Shown here piece by piece: positions 12,326 through 21,748 of a DNA stretch of 36,703 nt. Source of the DNA: Alphaproteobacteria bacterium (GTDB lineage Bacteria > Pseudomonadota > Alphaproteobacteria > Bin95); contig JAPOZD010000030.1 in NCBI GenBank assembly GCA_026706245.1, forward strand, positions 1 to 36,703. The letters run 5' to 3'. Position 1 is the stretch's first letter. Every line of letters begins with the position of its first letter. The translations under genes were made by a program, and so were the position numbers. The notes under the pieces were generated by a model that worked only from the letters and a program-made list of their open reading frames with translations, had not been told where the DNA came from and made no database searches.

Positions 12326-14022
12326 GCCGCGCGGGCGAGCCGGCCGGGCAGCGCGCCGGTGGCCTCGCCTTCCTCGAAGGTAACCTCGCCGGCGCAGACC
12401 GTTGCCCGGTAGCCCTCGGCCCGCTGCACAAGGCGGCGGCCGCCGGCGGGCAGGTCGTGGACCATCTCCGGCGGGCGGAGCCTGAGGCGTTCGAAATCGA
12501 TGATGTTGATGTCGGCGCGGAGCCCCGGCTCCAGCCGGCCGCGGTCGCTGAAACCGTAGAGCGCGGCTGTCTCCGCCGTTTGCGCCTTCACCAGCCGGGG
12601 CAGCGGGAATCCCGGCCCCCGGCTGCGGTCCCGGCCCCAATGGGTCAGCACATAGGTCGGGATGCTCGCGTCGGAAATCAGCCCGCAGTGGGCGCCGCCG
12701 TCGCCGAGGCCGAGCACGGTGCGCGGATGGTCCATCATCCGGCGGATATCGCCGTGGTCGAGCCGGCTGTAGTTCACGAAGGGGAAGAAGATCAGCTCCC
12801 GCCCCTCGCGCTCCAGCATCCGGTCCAGTACCAGTTCGCGCGGGTCGCAGCCCTTGCGCTCCGCCTCGGCGAGCACGGAGGTTTCCGGCGCGGGCTCGTA
12901 ATCGGGCGGGTCGCCCAGGGTGAACATCTTGTGGAAGCCGCCGGTCACGTCCTGCATCAGCCGGCTGCGGTGGTTGCGGCGCTCGCCGAGCAGCCGGGCG
13001 CGGAAATCCGGCCGGCGGAGGATCGCCACCCGTTCCGCCAGCGGCAGATGGGCGATCTCCCGGTAGGCGGGCATGGTCGAGAAGGGGTGCAGCGAGGCGG
13101 AGAGGCCGAGCATGAGGCCGACCGGCCGCGCCGCCACCTGGGCATGCAGCGCCACGCCGTCGGCCGCGGCCTCCTCCAGCCAGCCGAGCACGCTCTCCCA
13201 CTGGTCGGGCCGCTCGTCGCGCTGGACGACGGTGAGCCAGCTGCGCCCGTTCGCGCGCGCCGCCATGCGGCGCAGGAGGTCGAGTTCGTAGGCCTCCTCG
13301 TCGAGGTCCGAAATCCAGCCGATGGTGCGCCCGCCGACCTTGCCCACAGCGTCGGCCAGCCCCAGCAATTCGCGCTCCTCGGCGAAGGCGCCGGGCACGC
13401 GCTCGCCGTCGGCCGTCAGGTGCGCGGTGGTGCGCGTGGTCGTGAAGCCGCGCGCGCCCGCCTCCAGCGCCTCCCGGACGATGTCGGCCATGAGGCGGAC
13501 ATCCCCCTCGCCCGCCGGCTCGTTGGCGATGCCGCGCGCGCCCATCGCATAGGCCCGGACGGCGCAATGCGGCACCTGCGCGGCAATGTCGATCGCGCGC
13601 GGGCGCGCCTCCAGCGCGTCCAGATATTCGGGGAAGCTCTCCCAGTCCCAGGTGAGGCCCTCGGCGAGCGCCGCGCCCGGAATGTCCTCCACGCCCTCCA
13701 TCATGCGGATCAGCGCATGGTGTGCGTCGGGCCGCGCCGGCGCGAAGCCGACGCCGCAATTGCCCATCACCACGGTGGTGACGCCGTGCCAGCTCGACGG
13801 CGCGAGTTCGCTGTCCCAGGTCGCCTGGCCGTCATAGTGGGTATGGACATCGACGAAGCCGGGCGTCACCAGCGCGCCGGCCGCGTCGATCTCGCGCCGG
13901 CCCGGCCCGGCCCTGCCGCCGGTCTCGGCGATGCGCCCGCCATCGACCGCGATATCGCCGGCGAAGGGCTCGCCTCCCGAGCCGTCGATGATCGTGCCGC
14001 CGCGAATGACCAGATCGTGCAT
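12322..14022 (-). CDS. N-acyl-D-amino-acid deacylase family amidohydrolase
   Basis: Motifs '[16 protein letters not shown]', '[13 protein letters not shown]', '[16 protein letters not shown]', 'GDGGAHC', 'DRGRL.PG.RADIN' and 'TGALPGRL'. Confidence 0.92.
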   Translation of the reverse strand: MHDLVIRGGTIIDGSGGEPFAGDIAVDGGRIAETGGRAGPGRREIDAAGALVTPGFVDVHTHYDGQATWDSELAPSSWHGVTTVVMGNCGVGFAPARPDAHHALIRMMEGVEDIPGAALAEGLTWDWESFPEYLDALEARPRAIDIAAQVPHCAVRAYAMGARGIANEPAGEGDVRLMADIVREALEAGARGFTTTRTTAHLTADGERVPGAFAEERELLGLADAVGKVGGRTIGWISDLDEEAYELDLLRRMAARANGRSWLTVVQRDERPDQWESVLGWLEEAAADGVALHAQVAARPVGLMLGLSASLHPFSTMPAYREIAHLPLAERVAILRRPDFRARLLGERRNHRSRLMQDVTGGFHKMFTLGDPPDYEPAPETSVLAEAERKGCDPRELVLDRMLEREGRELIFFPFVNYSRLDHGDIRRMMDHPRTVLGLGDGGAHCGLISDASIPTYVLTHWGRDRSRGPGFPLPRLVKAQTAETAALYGFSDRGRLEPGLRADINIIDFERLRLRPPEMVHDLPAGGRRLVQRAEGYRATVCAGEVTFEEGEATGALPGRLARAA

Positions 14023-14033
14023 GGGGGCTTCCC

Positions 14034-15053
14034 TCAGCTGTAGAACGCCTCGAATGCCGCGCCGACGCGCTCGACATCCTCCGGCTCGATATCCCTGTGT
14101 ACCACCAGCCGCGTCACGGGGCCGGGTGTCGCTATGACGATGTTGCGCGCTTCCAGATGCTGCTTGAGCGCGGCCCCGCCCGGCAGCCCGGCATAGACCA
14201 TGTTGGTGGAGACGCGCTGCACCTCGACCACGGGCTCCAGGCGTTTCCCGAGCCGGGCGGCAAGCTCGTGGTCGTCGGCGAGGCGCGCGACATGGGCGTC
14301 GAGCGCATGCAGGCCCGCGGCGGCGAGCACGCCGGACTGGCGCATGCCGCCGCCCAGCATCTTGCGGACACGCTTGCCGCGCTGAATCAACTCCCCGTCT
14401 CCGGCGAGCACTGTGCCGGCCGGCGCGCCGAGGCCCTTCGAGAGGCAGAGCGACACGGAATCGGCTCCGGCAGCGACCGCAGCCGGGGTCCTGCCCGTGG
14501 CAGTGGCCGCATTCAGCAGCCTCGCGCCGTCGAGATGCACCCTGAGCCCGTGCTCGCGGGCAAGCGCCGCGACCTCCTCCATGTAGCCGTCCGGCAGCAC
14601 ACGCCCGAGCGTGGTGTTCTCCACCGCGATCATCCGCGGCACCGGACGGTGGAAGTCCTCCGGGCGGATTGCGGCCCGGAGCCGGTCGAGGGCCACCGTG
14701 CCGTCTTCCTCGACGGGAAGCGTGATCGGCACGATGGAGCCCACCACGGCGGCTCCGCCCGCTTCCGAGGCGACCGTGTGGTAGGTTTCGCCGGTGATAT
14801 AGGCCTCCCCGCGCCCGCAATGGCTCATCAGCGCCGTCAGGTTGGACTGCGTGCCGGAAGGCAGGAAGAGGCCCGCCTCCAGCCCCAGCATGTCCGCGAC
14901 GCGCGCTTCCAGCCGGGCGACGGTCGGGTCCTCGCCATGCACATCGTCGCCGACCTCGGCATCGGCCATGATCCGGCGCATGGCCGGCGTCGGCAGGGTC
15001 ACGGTATCGCTGCGCAGGTCGATCCGGCGATTGCCCATCCCGTTTCCGTCCAT
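14034..15053 (-). CDS. ltaE: Low-specificity L-threonine aldolase
   Basis: Motifs 'IDLRSDTVT', 'PSGTQSNL', 'HLDGARL', PLP lysine 'CLSKGLGAP' and 'GGGMRQ'. Start may be 15053 or 15038. Confidence 0.93.
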   Translation of the reverse strand: MDGNGMGNRRIDLRSDTVTLPTPAMRRIMADAEVGDDVHGEDPTVARLEARVADMLGLEAGLFLPSGTQSNLTALMSHCGRGEAYITGETYHTVASEAGGAAVVGSIVPITLPVEEDGTVALDRLRAAIRPEDFHRPVPRMIAVENTTLGRVLPDGYMEEVAALAREHGLRVHLDGARLLNAATATGRTPAAVAAGADSVSLCLSKGLGAPAGTVLAGDGELIQRGKRVRKMLGGGMRQSGVLAAAGLHALDAHVARLADDHELAARLGKRLEPVVEVQRVSTNMVYAGLPGGAALKQHLEARNIVIATPGPVTRLVVHRDIEPEDVERVGAAFEAFYS

Positions 15054-15054
15054 G

Positions 15055-16395
15055 TCAGGCTGCCTCCCGGCGGCCGAGCCAGCGGTCGAGATCGGCGAGC
15101 GCGCGGGCCGCATGCGCGCGCTTGCGTTCGCGGCCCCGGAACCGCCCGTCGAGCGGCGGGAAGAGGCCGAAATTCACGTTCATGGGCTGGTAGGTGCCTG
15201 CCGCTTCGGGCCGGGGCCCGGTGACATGGCCCAGCACGGCGCCGAGCGCCGTGGTGGCGGGCGGCGCGTCCGTCTCGCCCGCGGCGAAGCGCCCGGCAAG
15301 CAGGCCGATGGCGGCGCTCTCGACATAGCCCTCGACGCCGGTGATCTGTCCCGCGAAACGCAGATGCGGCGCCGCCTTCAGCCGCAATTGCCCGTCCAGC
15401 AGCGCCGGGGCATCTATGAAGCAGTTGCGATGGATGCCGCCAAGCCGCGCGAACCGCGCCCCTTCGAGGCCCGGCACCATGCGGAAGACGCGCGTCTGCT
15501 CGGCGTGACGCAGCTTGGTCTGGAAGCCGACGATGTTGTAGAGCGTGCCGAGCGCATTGTCCCGGCGGAGCTGCACCACGGCATGGGGTCGGCGCCCGGT
15601 GCGCGGGTCGGTCAGGCCCACCGGCTTCATCGGGCCGAAGCGCAGCGTCTCCGGCCCGCGCGCCGCCATCACCTCCACCGGCAGGCAGCCCTCGAACCAG
15701 GGCGTGAGCGCCTCCCACTCCTTGAACTCGATCCGGTCGGCCTCCAGCAGCGCTTCCACGAAAGCGTCATAGCCGGCCTCGTCGAGCGGGCAGTTGATGT
15801 AGTCGGCCCCGCTGCCGGCCGGGCCCGGCTTGTCGTAGCGGGACTGGAACCAGGCGGTGTCGAGGTCGATGGAGTCCGCATAGACGATGGGCGCGATGGC
15901 GTCGAAAAAGGCGAGCGCCTCCCGTCCGGTGAGCGCCTGTATGGCTTCGGCAAGCGCGCCGTCGGTGAGCGGCCCGGTGGCAACGATGACGGAGCCCGCC
16001 TCCGGCAGCCGGTCGATGCGCCGGCGGTCTATCGCAACGAGCGGCTCGGCCTCCAATGCAGCGGTGACGGCATCCGCAAAGTCCTCGCGATCCACGGCGA
16101 GCGCGCCGCCGGCGGGCAGCCGGGTCCTGTCGGCGCAGGCCATGACGAGCGAGTCCGCCCGGCGCATCTCCTCATGCAGCAGGCCGACGGCATTGTGCTC
16201 GGCATCGTCGGAGCGGAAGGAGTTGGAGCAGACGAGCTCGGCGAGCTTCCGCGTCCTGTGCGCGGGCGTCGGCGTTTCGGGGCGCATCTCGAAAAGCACC
16301 GAGCGCACCCCCCGCCGCGCGAGCTGCCAGCAGGCCTCCGCGCCGGCAAGCCCGCCGCCGATGACCTGGACCGGGGTATCCGCGAAGGCGCTCAT
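15055..16395 (-). CDS. trmFO: FAD/folate-dependent tRNA m5U54 methyltransferase TrmFO (Gid)
   Basis: Motifs '[11 protein letters not shown]', 'AELVCSNS', 'ATGPLT', 'FFDAIAPIV', 'FGPMKPVGL', '[13 protein letters not shown]' and 'QPMNVNFGL'. Confidence 0.97.
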   Translation of the reverse strand: MSAFADTPVQVIGGGLAGAEACWQLARRGVRSVLFEMRPETPTPAHRTRKLAELVCSNSFRSDDAEHNAVGLLHEEMRRADSLVMACADRTRLPAGGALAVDREDFADAVTAALEAEPLVAIDRRRIDRLPEAGSVIVATGPLTDGALAEAIQALTGREALAFFDAIAPIVYADSIDLDTAWFQSRYDKPGPAGSGADYINCPLDEAGYDAFVEALLEADRIEFKEWEALTPWFEGCLPVEVMAARGPETLRFGPMKPVGLTDPRTGRRPHAVVQLRRDNALGTLYNIVGFQTKLRHAEQTRVFRMVPGLEGARFARLGGIHRNCFIDAPALLDGQLRLKAAPHLRFAGQITGVEGYVESAAIGLLAGRFAAGETDAPPATTALGAVLGHVTGPRPEAAGTYQPMNVNFGLFPPLDGRFRGRERKRAHAARALADLDRWLGRREAA

Positions 16396-16553
16396 GTCCC
16401 CTTATAGCGCGCGCCTGCGGCCCCCCGCCAGCGCACCGTTGCAGTCCCGCCGGGCCGCACCCGTCCTTGCATTCCATCGGTCGGCATGGAATCCCTCGAT
16501 TGGAGGGACTGCGACGATGGAGTCCGTCGCCTCCGGACCGGCACGGACTTGCA

Positions 16554-17261
16554 ATGGGCATTCGCGATTCTGTCATTGCCGCCCTCGGCGAAGCCGCCGA
16601 CCCGACGAGGGCGGCGCAGCAACAGGCCTACATGAAGTCCGCCATGCCCTGTTTCGGCGTATCCGTGCCGCAATGCCGGCGCATCGCCGGCTCCGTCTTC
16701 AGGGCGCACCCGTTGCCGGATGCCCCGGCCTGGGAGGCGGTAATTCTGGAGCTCTGGCGCAAGGCTGCCCGCCGCGAGGAACGCTATGCGGCGGTCGAGC
16801 TCTTGCTCTTCGGGTGTTACGCGAAATGGCTGGAACCGGCGAGACTCCCCGTGGTCGAGGAGCTGGTGGTCACCGGCGCCTGGTGGGACTTTGTCGATCC
16901 GATCGCCAGCCGGGGCGTGGGGACCATGCTTGCCGCCCATCCCGGCCCGACGAAGGCCGTGCTGCGCGAATGGGCGAATGACGACGACATCTGGAAGCGG
17001 CGCACGGCGATCCTCGCCCAACTCCGGGCCAAAAGAGCGACGGATACGGCGCTGCTGGCCGACGCGATCCGGCCGTCAATCGGGGAGCCGGAGTTCTTCC
17101 TGCGCAAGGCTATCGGCTGGGCGCTGCGCGAATATTCCAGGACCGATCCGGCCTGGGTGACGGAGTTTGTCGGGGCTCATGCCGGGCTCTCCGACCTGAG
17201 CCGGCGTGAAGCGCTGAAGCTCCTGCAGCGCGGAAAGCGCCGGCCGCATCCGCAGAACTGA
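16554..17261 (+). CDS. DNA alkylation repair protein (AlkD-like HEAT-repeat family)
   Basis: Motifs 'QQAYMKS', 'REERY', 'GAWWDFVD', 'DDIWKRRTAIL' and 'EFFLRKAIGWALREYS'. Start codon uncertain. Confidence 0.88.
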   Translation: MGIRDSVIAALGEAADPTRAAQQQAYMKSAMPCFGVSVPQCRRIAGSVFRAHPLPDAPAWEAVILELWRKAARREERYAAVELLLFGCYAKWLEPARLPVVEELVVTGAWWDFVDPIASRGVGTMLAAHPGPTKAVLREWANDDDIWKRRTAILAQLRAKRATDTALLADAIRPSIGEPEFFLRKAIGWALREYSRTDPAWVTEFVGAHAGLSDLSRREALKLLQRGKRRPHPQN

Positions 17262-17283
17262 AGATCGGGGCTTCGTTCGTCCC

Positions 17284-18975
17284 CTACGGCAGCCGGTCGC
17301 CGTCCTCGTAGCCTTGCCAGGCGCTGATCTGGAGCGGCGAGGCGCGCACATGCAGCACGACCGGGCGCGAGCGCACCGCGAAGGCCTTGGCCACCGCATC
17401 GGCCACCTGCGATTCCGCCTCGATGGTGATGCCCTCCGCGCCGAAGGAGCGCGCCCAGGCGGCGAAATCGGGGTTGGTGAGGCGCGTGCCGGCCATGAAG
17501 GGACGGCCCGGATAGCGCATGTGGCTGTGCATGCCGATAGTGCCGTACATGCCGTTGTCGGCGATCACGGCGATGGGGCAGGCGCCGTACTGGCAGGCGG
17601 TGGCGAGCTCGTTGCCCATCATCAGCGCGCCGCCGTCGCCCATGAAGGCCACCACCTGCGTGCCCGGCCGGCGCATCGCGGCGGCGACCGCCATCGGCAT
17701 GCCTGAGCCCATCGCGCCCACCACGGACGCCAGGAACACCTGCCCCTGCCGGAAGCCGATATGGCGGTGCAGGAAGGTCGCGAAATTGCCGGCGTCGGAT
17801 GTGACGGTGGCGTCGGGAGCAAGATGCCTGCCGATCTCCGCCACGACGGCCGAGAAGTTCACCCCGTCCTCGCGCGGCTCCCAGGGCCGTTCCAGCAGGC
17901 GGCGGTGGGTGTCGTGCAGCCCGTCGATCCAGCCGCGGCGTCGCTCGCCGTCGGCGGGCGCGGGCCGGGCGAGCAGCGCCTTCACGACCTCATGCGGGCT
18001 CGCCGCGATGCCGAGCGTCGGGCGCCAGACGCGGCCGATCTCGTTCGGGTCCGGCCAGATGTGGACCAGCGGCAATTGCGGCTCGGGCGCGGTCGGGAAG
18101 GTGTAGGACTGGCTGACGCTGTCGGTCAGCCGCTCGCCGAGCGCGATCATCAGGTCCGCGCGCTTCATCTCGTCGAGCAGCTCCTTCGGCACCCGGATGC
18201 CCATATAGCCGCCATGGTTCGGGTGGTCGTAGTCGAAGAGCTGCGGCCGGCGGTGGGTCGGCACGACCGGCAGCACCCAGCTTTCCGAGAGGCGCACCAG
18301 GTCGCCGAACAGCGCCGGGTCGCGCACTGCATCCGCCATCGCGCCGCCGCCGGCCAGCAGCAGCGGGCGCTCGGCCGCCTCGATCATGGCGATGAGCGCG
18401 TCCACGTCATCGGGCCGGGGGGCGGGGATCGGGCGCGGGCGCGGCGGGGCGAGGGTCGCGTCGGTCTCCTCGTCGAAAATGTCCTCCGGCAGGATCACCG
18501 CCACCGGGCCCGGCGTGCCGGACTCGGCGAGGTGGAAGGCGCGCGCCATCGCCTCCGAGGCCTGCTCCGGCTCGTTCACCTCGATCACGTCCTTGGAGAT
18601 GTCGGAGAGCAGGCGGGAATAGTTCTGCTCCTGGAGGGCGAGGCGGCCCATGTCGCGCCGCTCGACCTGCCCGATCAGCATCACCAGCGGCGTCGCGTCG
18701 TGAAAGGCGGTGTGCATGGCGACCAGCCCGTTGGCGAGGCCGGGGCCGCGCGAGACCATGGCGACGCCCGCGCGGTCCCGCATCCGTCCGTCGGCAGCCG
18801 CCATGAAGCCCGCGCCCGCCTCGTGCCGGCAGACCGCGACCTGGATCGAGTTGCGCTCGACCATGGTGCTGGTGAGGCCGATATAGCTCTCGCCGGGCAC
18901 GCAATAGACGCGGTCCACATCGTGCGCCTCCAGGCTTTCCACCAGCAGGCGGGCAACGGTTCTGTTCTCCGGCAT
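17284..18975 (-). CDS. Thiamine-diphosphate-dependent enzyme (acetolactate synthase large-subunit-like)
   Basis: Motifs 'VPGESY', 'CRHEAGAGFMA', 'SRGPG', 'GAMGSGMP', ThDP motif 'GDGG...DNGMYG' and 'NPDFAAWARSFG'. Confidence 0.92.
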   Translation of the reverse strand: MPENRTVARLLVESLEAHDVDRVYCVPGESYIGLTSTMVERNSIQVAVCRHEAGAGFMAAADGRMRDRAGVAMVSRGPGLANGLVAMHTAFHDATPLVMLIGQVERRDMGRLALQEQNYSRLLSDISKDVIEVNEPEQASEAMARAFHLAESGTPGPVAVILPEDIFDEETDATLAPPRPRPIPAPRPDDVDALIAMIEAAERPLLLAGGGAMADAVRDPALFGDLVRLSESWVLPVVPTHRRPQLFDYDHPNHGGYMGIRVPKELLDEMKRADLMIALGERLTDSVSQSYTFPTAPEPQLPLVHIWPDPNEIGRVWRPTLGIAASPHEVVKALLARPAPADGERRRGWIDGLHDTHRRLLERPWEPREDGVNFSAVVAEIGRHLAPDATVTSDAGNFATFLHRHIGFRQGQVFLASVVGAMGSGMPMAVAAAMRRPGTQVVAFMGDGGALMMGNELATACQYGACPIAVIADNGMYGTIGMHSHMRYPGRPFMAGTRLTNPDFAAWARSFGAEGITIEAESQVADAVAKAFAVRSRPVVLHVRASPLQISAWQGYEDGDRLP

Positions 18976-19070
18976 GGGCGTGACTGTCCTCTTCCCCGAA
19001 ATTCCGCGCGACCCTAGCCGCCTTCGCCCGGCCTGCAAATGCGGCGGATTGCGGAGCGGGCGGCGGTGCT

Positions 19071-19634
19071 TCAGGCCTCGGCGTCTTCCTGCCTCGCCAG
19101 GACCGATGCGCGCGCCTGCTTCATCGGCAGGAACATGCGCGCCGGATCGCTCGGAAAGGCGGCAAAGCCGAAGCCTTCGTACCACGTCTTGCGGCGCGCG
19201 AAGTCTTCCTCGCCGCCGTCGGCGATGACATCGAGAAGGATCGCATGACAGCCGGCCATGTCGGAAACCGCGCACGCCTTCTCGAAGACGTGGTGCATCA
19301 GGATTCCCCCGAGGCCCCTGCCCTGCGCTGTCCTGTCCACCGCAACCTGTCCGAGGAACAGCACCGGGATTTCCCCGTGGTCCGGCGCCCCGCGCGGCCG
19401 GCGCTTCATTTCGCCTGCATTCATCATGCCGAGATTGATTGCGTGGTATCCGAGGATGCGCGCGCTTCCTTCCTGAACAACGACATAGACGCGAGTCATG
19501 TCGTCCTTTTGCTGCTTCCGCGCGGTGAGCTTGAGATAGTTGTTCAGCCGGCCTACACCGCAGTCGAAAGCGGCGCGGTCATGCCGCGCCGCATCGAAGA
19601 GTTCAATCCGGAGCGCCGGCGGGTCAGTCGGCAT
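19071..19634 (-). CDS. GNAT acetyltransferase toxin (TacT/AtaT-like)
   Basis: 'HDRAAFDCG...LNNYL', 'ILGYHA', acetyl-CoA motif 'LGQVAVDRTAQGRGLG' and 'WYEGFGF'. Overlaps the DUF1778 gene. Confidence 0.88.
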   Translation of the reverse strand: MPTDPPALRIELFDAARHDRAAFDCGVGRLNNYLKLTARKQQKDDMTRVYVVVQEGSARILGYHAINLGMMNAGEMKRRPRGAPDHGEIPVLFLGQVAVDRTAQGRGLGGILMHHVFEKACAVSDMAGCHAILLDVIADGGEEDFARRKTWYEGFGFAAFPSDPARMFLPMKQARASVLARQEDAEA

Positions 19635-19932
19635 GAACCACGCGCGAACGGTAGTTCCGGGATGCTTCCATTGCGCGCGGGGTCGGAGCGGGCGGCGCGT
19701 CGAGCGCCGCGGCGAATGCCTCGGCGTCCTCCGGCGTCAGGACATGCCGGGACTGGAGTTCCAGCACCCGTATCGCTTCGCGCTCGATCGCGGCGCGCAG
19801 GAATGCCGACTTGTCCACGGCAAGGGCGAGCGCGGCACGTTCGATCAGGTCCGCCAGGCGGTCGTCGTGACGCAGCTGGGTCGTTCTGGCCCGCCTCGCC
19901 GGGGTGTGCGCTTCGGCATCGAAGTTCAACAT
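19624..19932 (-). CDS. DUF1778 ribbon-helix-helix antitoxin (TacA/AtaR-like)
   Basis: 'LIERAA...DKSAFLRAA...A..VL...LT.ED..AF..ALDAPP.PT' pattern, upstream of and overlapping the GNAT gene. GGAAAGGGG before ATG 19932. Confidence 0.88.
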   Translation of the reverse strand: MLNFDAEAHTPARRARTTQLRHDDRLADLIERAALALAVDKSAFLRAAIEREAIRVLELQSRHVLTPEDAEAFAAALDAPPAPTPRAMEASRNYRSRVVHAD

Positions 19933-19955
19933 GTCGGCCCCTTTCCGATACCGCC

Positions 19956-19984
19956 TTTGTAATGCTATCTGCACTACAGGTCAA
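19956..19984 (-). promoter_or_regulatory. TA operon promoter with inverted-repeat operator
   Basis: Minus strand TTGACC-N17-TACAAA. The dyad TGTAATGC-TATCT-GCACTACA (19958-19978) fills the spacer. Confidence 0.6.
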
Positions 19985-20067
19985 GCGCCAGTCCGCGGCC
20001 GCGCATTTCCTTGCCGCCCCGGGAACCGGAAGTTACGGTCGGCACCGTCGCAGAGGGGTTCGAGCCC

Positions 20068-21297
20068 ATGGACGAATTCACGATCAGGGGCAAGGTGGCG
20101 GTCGCCGGCGTCGGCGAGACGACCTACTGGAAACACAGCCAGAGTCCTCACGCCGAGTTCAAGCTGGCCTTGATGGCGATTCTGGCGGCGGCGGAGGACG
20201 CCGGCATCGATCCGACCGAGATCGACGGCTTCGCCTCCTATTCCAACGACCGCAACGACCCCTCGCGCATCGCTGCCGCGCTCGGCTGCCGGGAGCTCGC
20301 CTTCTCCAACATGCAGTGGGGCGGCGGCGGGGGCGGCGGGTCGGCCGCCATCGCAAACGCAGCCGCGGCCATCGCCTGCGGCTATGCGCGCTGCGTGGTC
20401 GTGTTTCGTGCGCTCGCCCAGGGACAGTTCCAGCGCTTCGGTCAGGCGGCGGCGGGTGGTGCTGCGGCCGGCCACGACGCCTTCACCGTGCCTTACGGCG
20501 TCATGTCGCCCGCGCAGAAATACGCCATGCGCTACCAGCGCTTCGCCCATGAGCACGGTATCGAGAGGTCCGCGCTCAGGGCGATCTCAATGGCCTCCTA
20601 CCACCATGCGCAGCAGAACCCGCGCGCCGTGATGTACGGCCGCCCGCTCTCCGAGGAGGATTACGACGCCTCGCGCTGGATCACGGAGCCGTTCCGGCTG
20701 TTCGACTGCTGCCAGGAGAATGACGGCGCAGCGGCCATCCTGCTCGTGGCGGCCGAGCGCGCGCGCGACCTGCCGCACAGGCCCTGTTACCTGCTGGGCG
20801 CGGCGGCGGGCTCCGAATACCGTAACGGCGCACCGGTCCACAACGCGCCGCTCTACGGCACCTCCAGCTTCACCACCGTCGCCCCGCGCGCCTTCGCCAT
20901 GGCGGGGATCGGGGCGGCGGACGTGGATGTGGCGCAGTCCTACGAGAACTTCACCGGCGGCGTGCTGATGAGCCTGGTCGAGCACGGCTTCTTCGCGCCG
21001 GAGGAGGCGAACGACTTCCTCACCCTCGATAATCTGCGCGCCGACGGCGGCGCAGGAACGCCGCCCAAATCCGATAGGCGCCCCGGAGGGCGCGGCGGAA
21101 AGCTGCCCCTCAACACCAGCGGCGGCAACCTCGCCGAGTGCTACATGCACGGGCTGGAACTGAATATCGAGGCGGTGCGGCAGGTTCGCGGCCTCTCGCC
21201 CAACCAGGTGGAAGGCGCCGAGATTTCCGTCGTCGGTTCCGGGCCGATGGTGACGCCCGTCAGCAGCACCGTGTTCGGGGCGGAGGCAACGCTGTGA
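20068..21297 (+). CDS. SCP2-thiolase-fold protein, Ltp2-like (probable acyl-CoA retro-aldolase)
   Basis: Motifs 'VAVAGVGET', 'HAQQNPRA', 'FDCCQENDGAAA', 'QSYENFT' and 'PLNTSGGNLAECYMHG'. A Gly-rich loop replaces the thiolase catalytic Cys. Paired with a DUF35 gene. Confidence 0.85.
   Translation: MDEFTIRGKVAVAGVGETTYWKHSQSPHAEFKLALMAILAAAEDAGIDPTEIDGFASYSNDRNDPSRIAAALGCRELAFSNMQWGGGGGGGSAAIANAAAAIACGYARCVVVFRALAQGQFQRFGQAAAGGAAAGHDAFTVPYGVMSPAQKYAMRYQRFAHEHGIERSALRAISMASYHHAQQNPRAVMYGRPLSEEDYDASRWITEPFRLFDCCQENDGAAAILLVAAERARDLPHRPCYLLGAAAGSEYRNGAPVHNAPLYGTSSFTTVAPRAFAMAGIGAADVDVAQSYENFTGGVLMSLVEHGFFAPEEANDFLTLDNLRADGGAGTPPKSDRRPGGRGGKLPLNTSGGNLAECYMHGLELNIEAVRQVRGLSPNQVEGAEISVVGSGPMVTPVSSTVFGAEATL
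21045..21098 (+). repeat. 48-bp in-frame double-hairpin insertion flanked by CGGCGG direct repeats
   Basis: GGCGGCG-CAGGAA-CGCCGCC (21046-21065) and GCGCCC-CGGA-GGGCGC (21078-21093). CGGCGG occurs at 21045 and 21093. Confidence 0.55.
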
Positions 21298-21722
21298 GCC
21301 ACCTGCCGGAGGGAATGCCGCGCCCGCTCGCGGACGAGCTGACGGAACCCTTCTGGGCCGCGGCGCGCGAGGAGCGGCTCGTGGTGCAGCGCTGCGGCGA
21401 CTGCGAGACCTGGCAATGGGGCCCCGAATGGTGCTGTCATGCCTGCCGGTCCTTCGAGATGGGCTGGGCGGAGGCCCCGACCAGGGGGCGCATCTATTCC
21501 TGGGAGCGGAACTACCACCCGGTGCATCCCGCGCTCCGCGGCCGGGACCCCTATGTCGTCGTGCTGGTGGAACTGCCGGAGGCGGGCGGGGTGCGCATGG
21601 TCGGCAACCTCCTCGGCGACCCCATGCAGGAAGTCCGCATCGGCGCGGAGGTCGAGGCCGTCTTCGAGCACCATGACGAGGCGGACCCGCCCTACACGCT
21701 GGTCCAGTGGCGGTATGTCTGA
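21294..21722 (+). CDS. DUF35/ChsH2-like Zn-ribbon + OB-fold protein
   Basis: 'PFWAAA....LVVQRCGDC...CHAC', 'GRIYSW', 'PYVVVLVEL.E..GVRMVGN' and 'IGAEVEAVF'. GTG start overlaps the thiolase stop. Confidence 0.9.
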   Translation: MSHLPEGMPRPLADELTEPFWAAAREERLVVQRCGDCETWQWGPEWCCHACRSFEMGWAEAPTRGRIYSWERNYHPVHPALRGRDPYVVVLVELPEAGGVRMVGNLLGDPMQEVRIGAEVEAVFEHHDEADPPYTLVQWRYV

Positions 21723-21748
21723 GGAAGGAACCTTCCGGCCCTGACCCG

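Noticed and set aside
11423-14820. 778-aa and 832-aa ORFs suggesting large fusion proteins
   Set aside because: The N-terminal extensions are Arg/Gly/Ala-rich off-frame read-through of neighbouring genes. Real starts are GTG 12325 and ATG 14022.
16502-16556. GGAGGG RBS with ATG 16517 out of frame with the AlkD-like gene (possible frameshift)
   Set aside because: An in-frame ATG at 16554 gives a plausibly complete protein, so a frameshift cannot be supported without homologue alignment.
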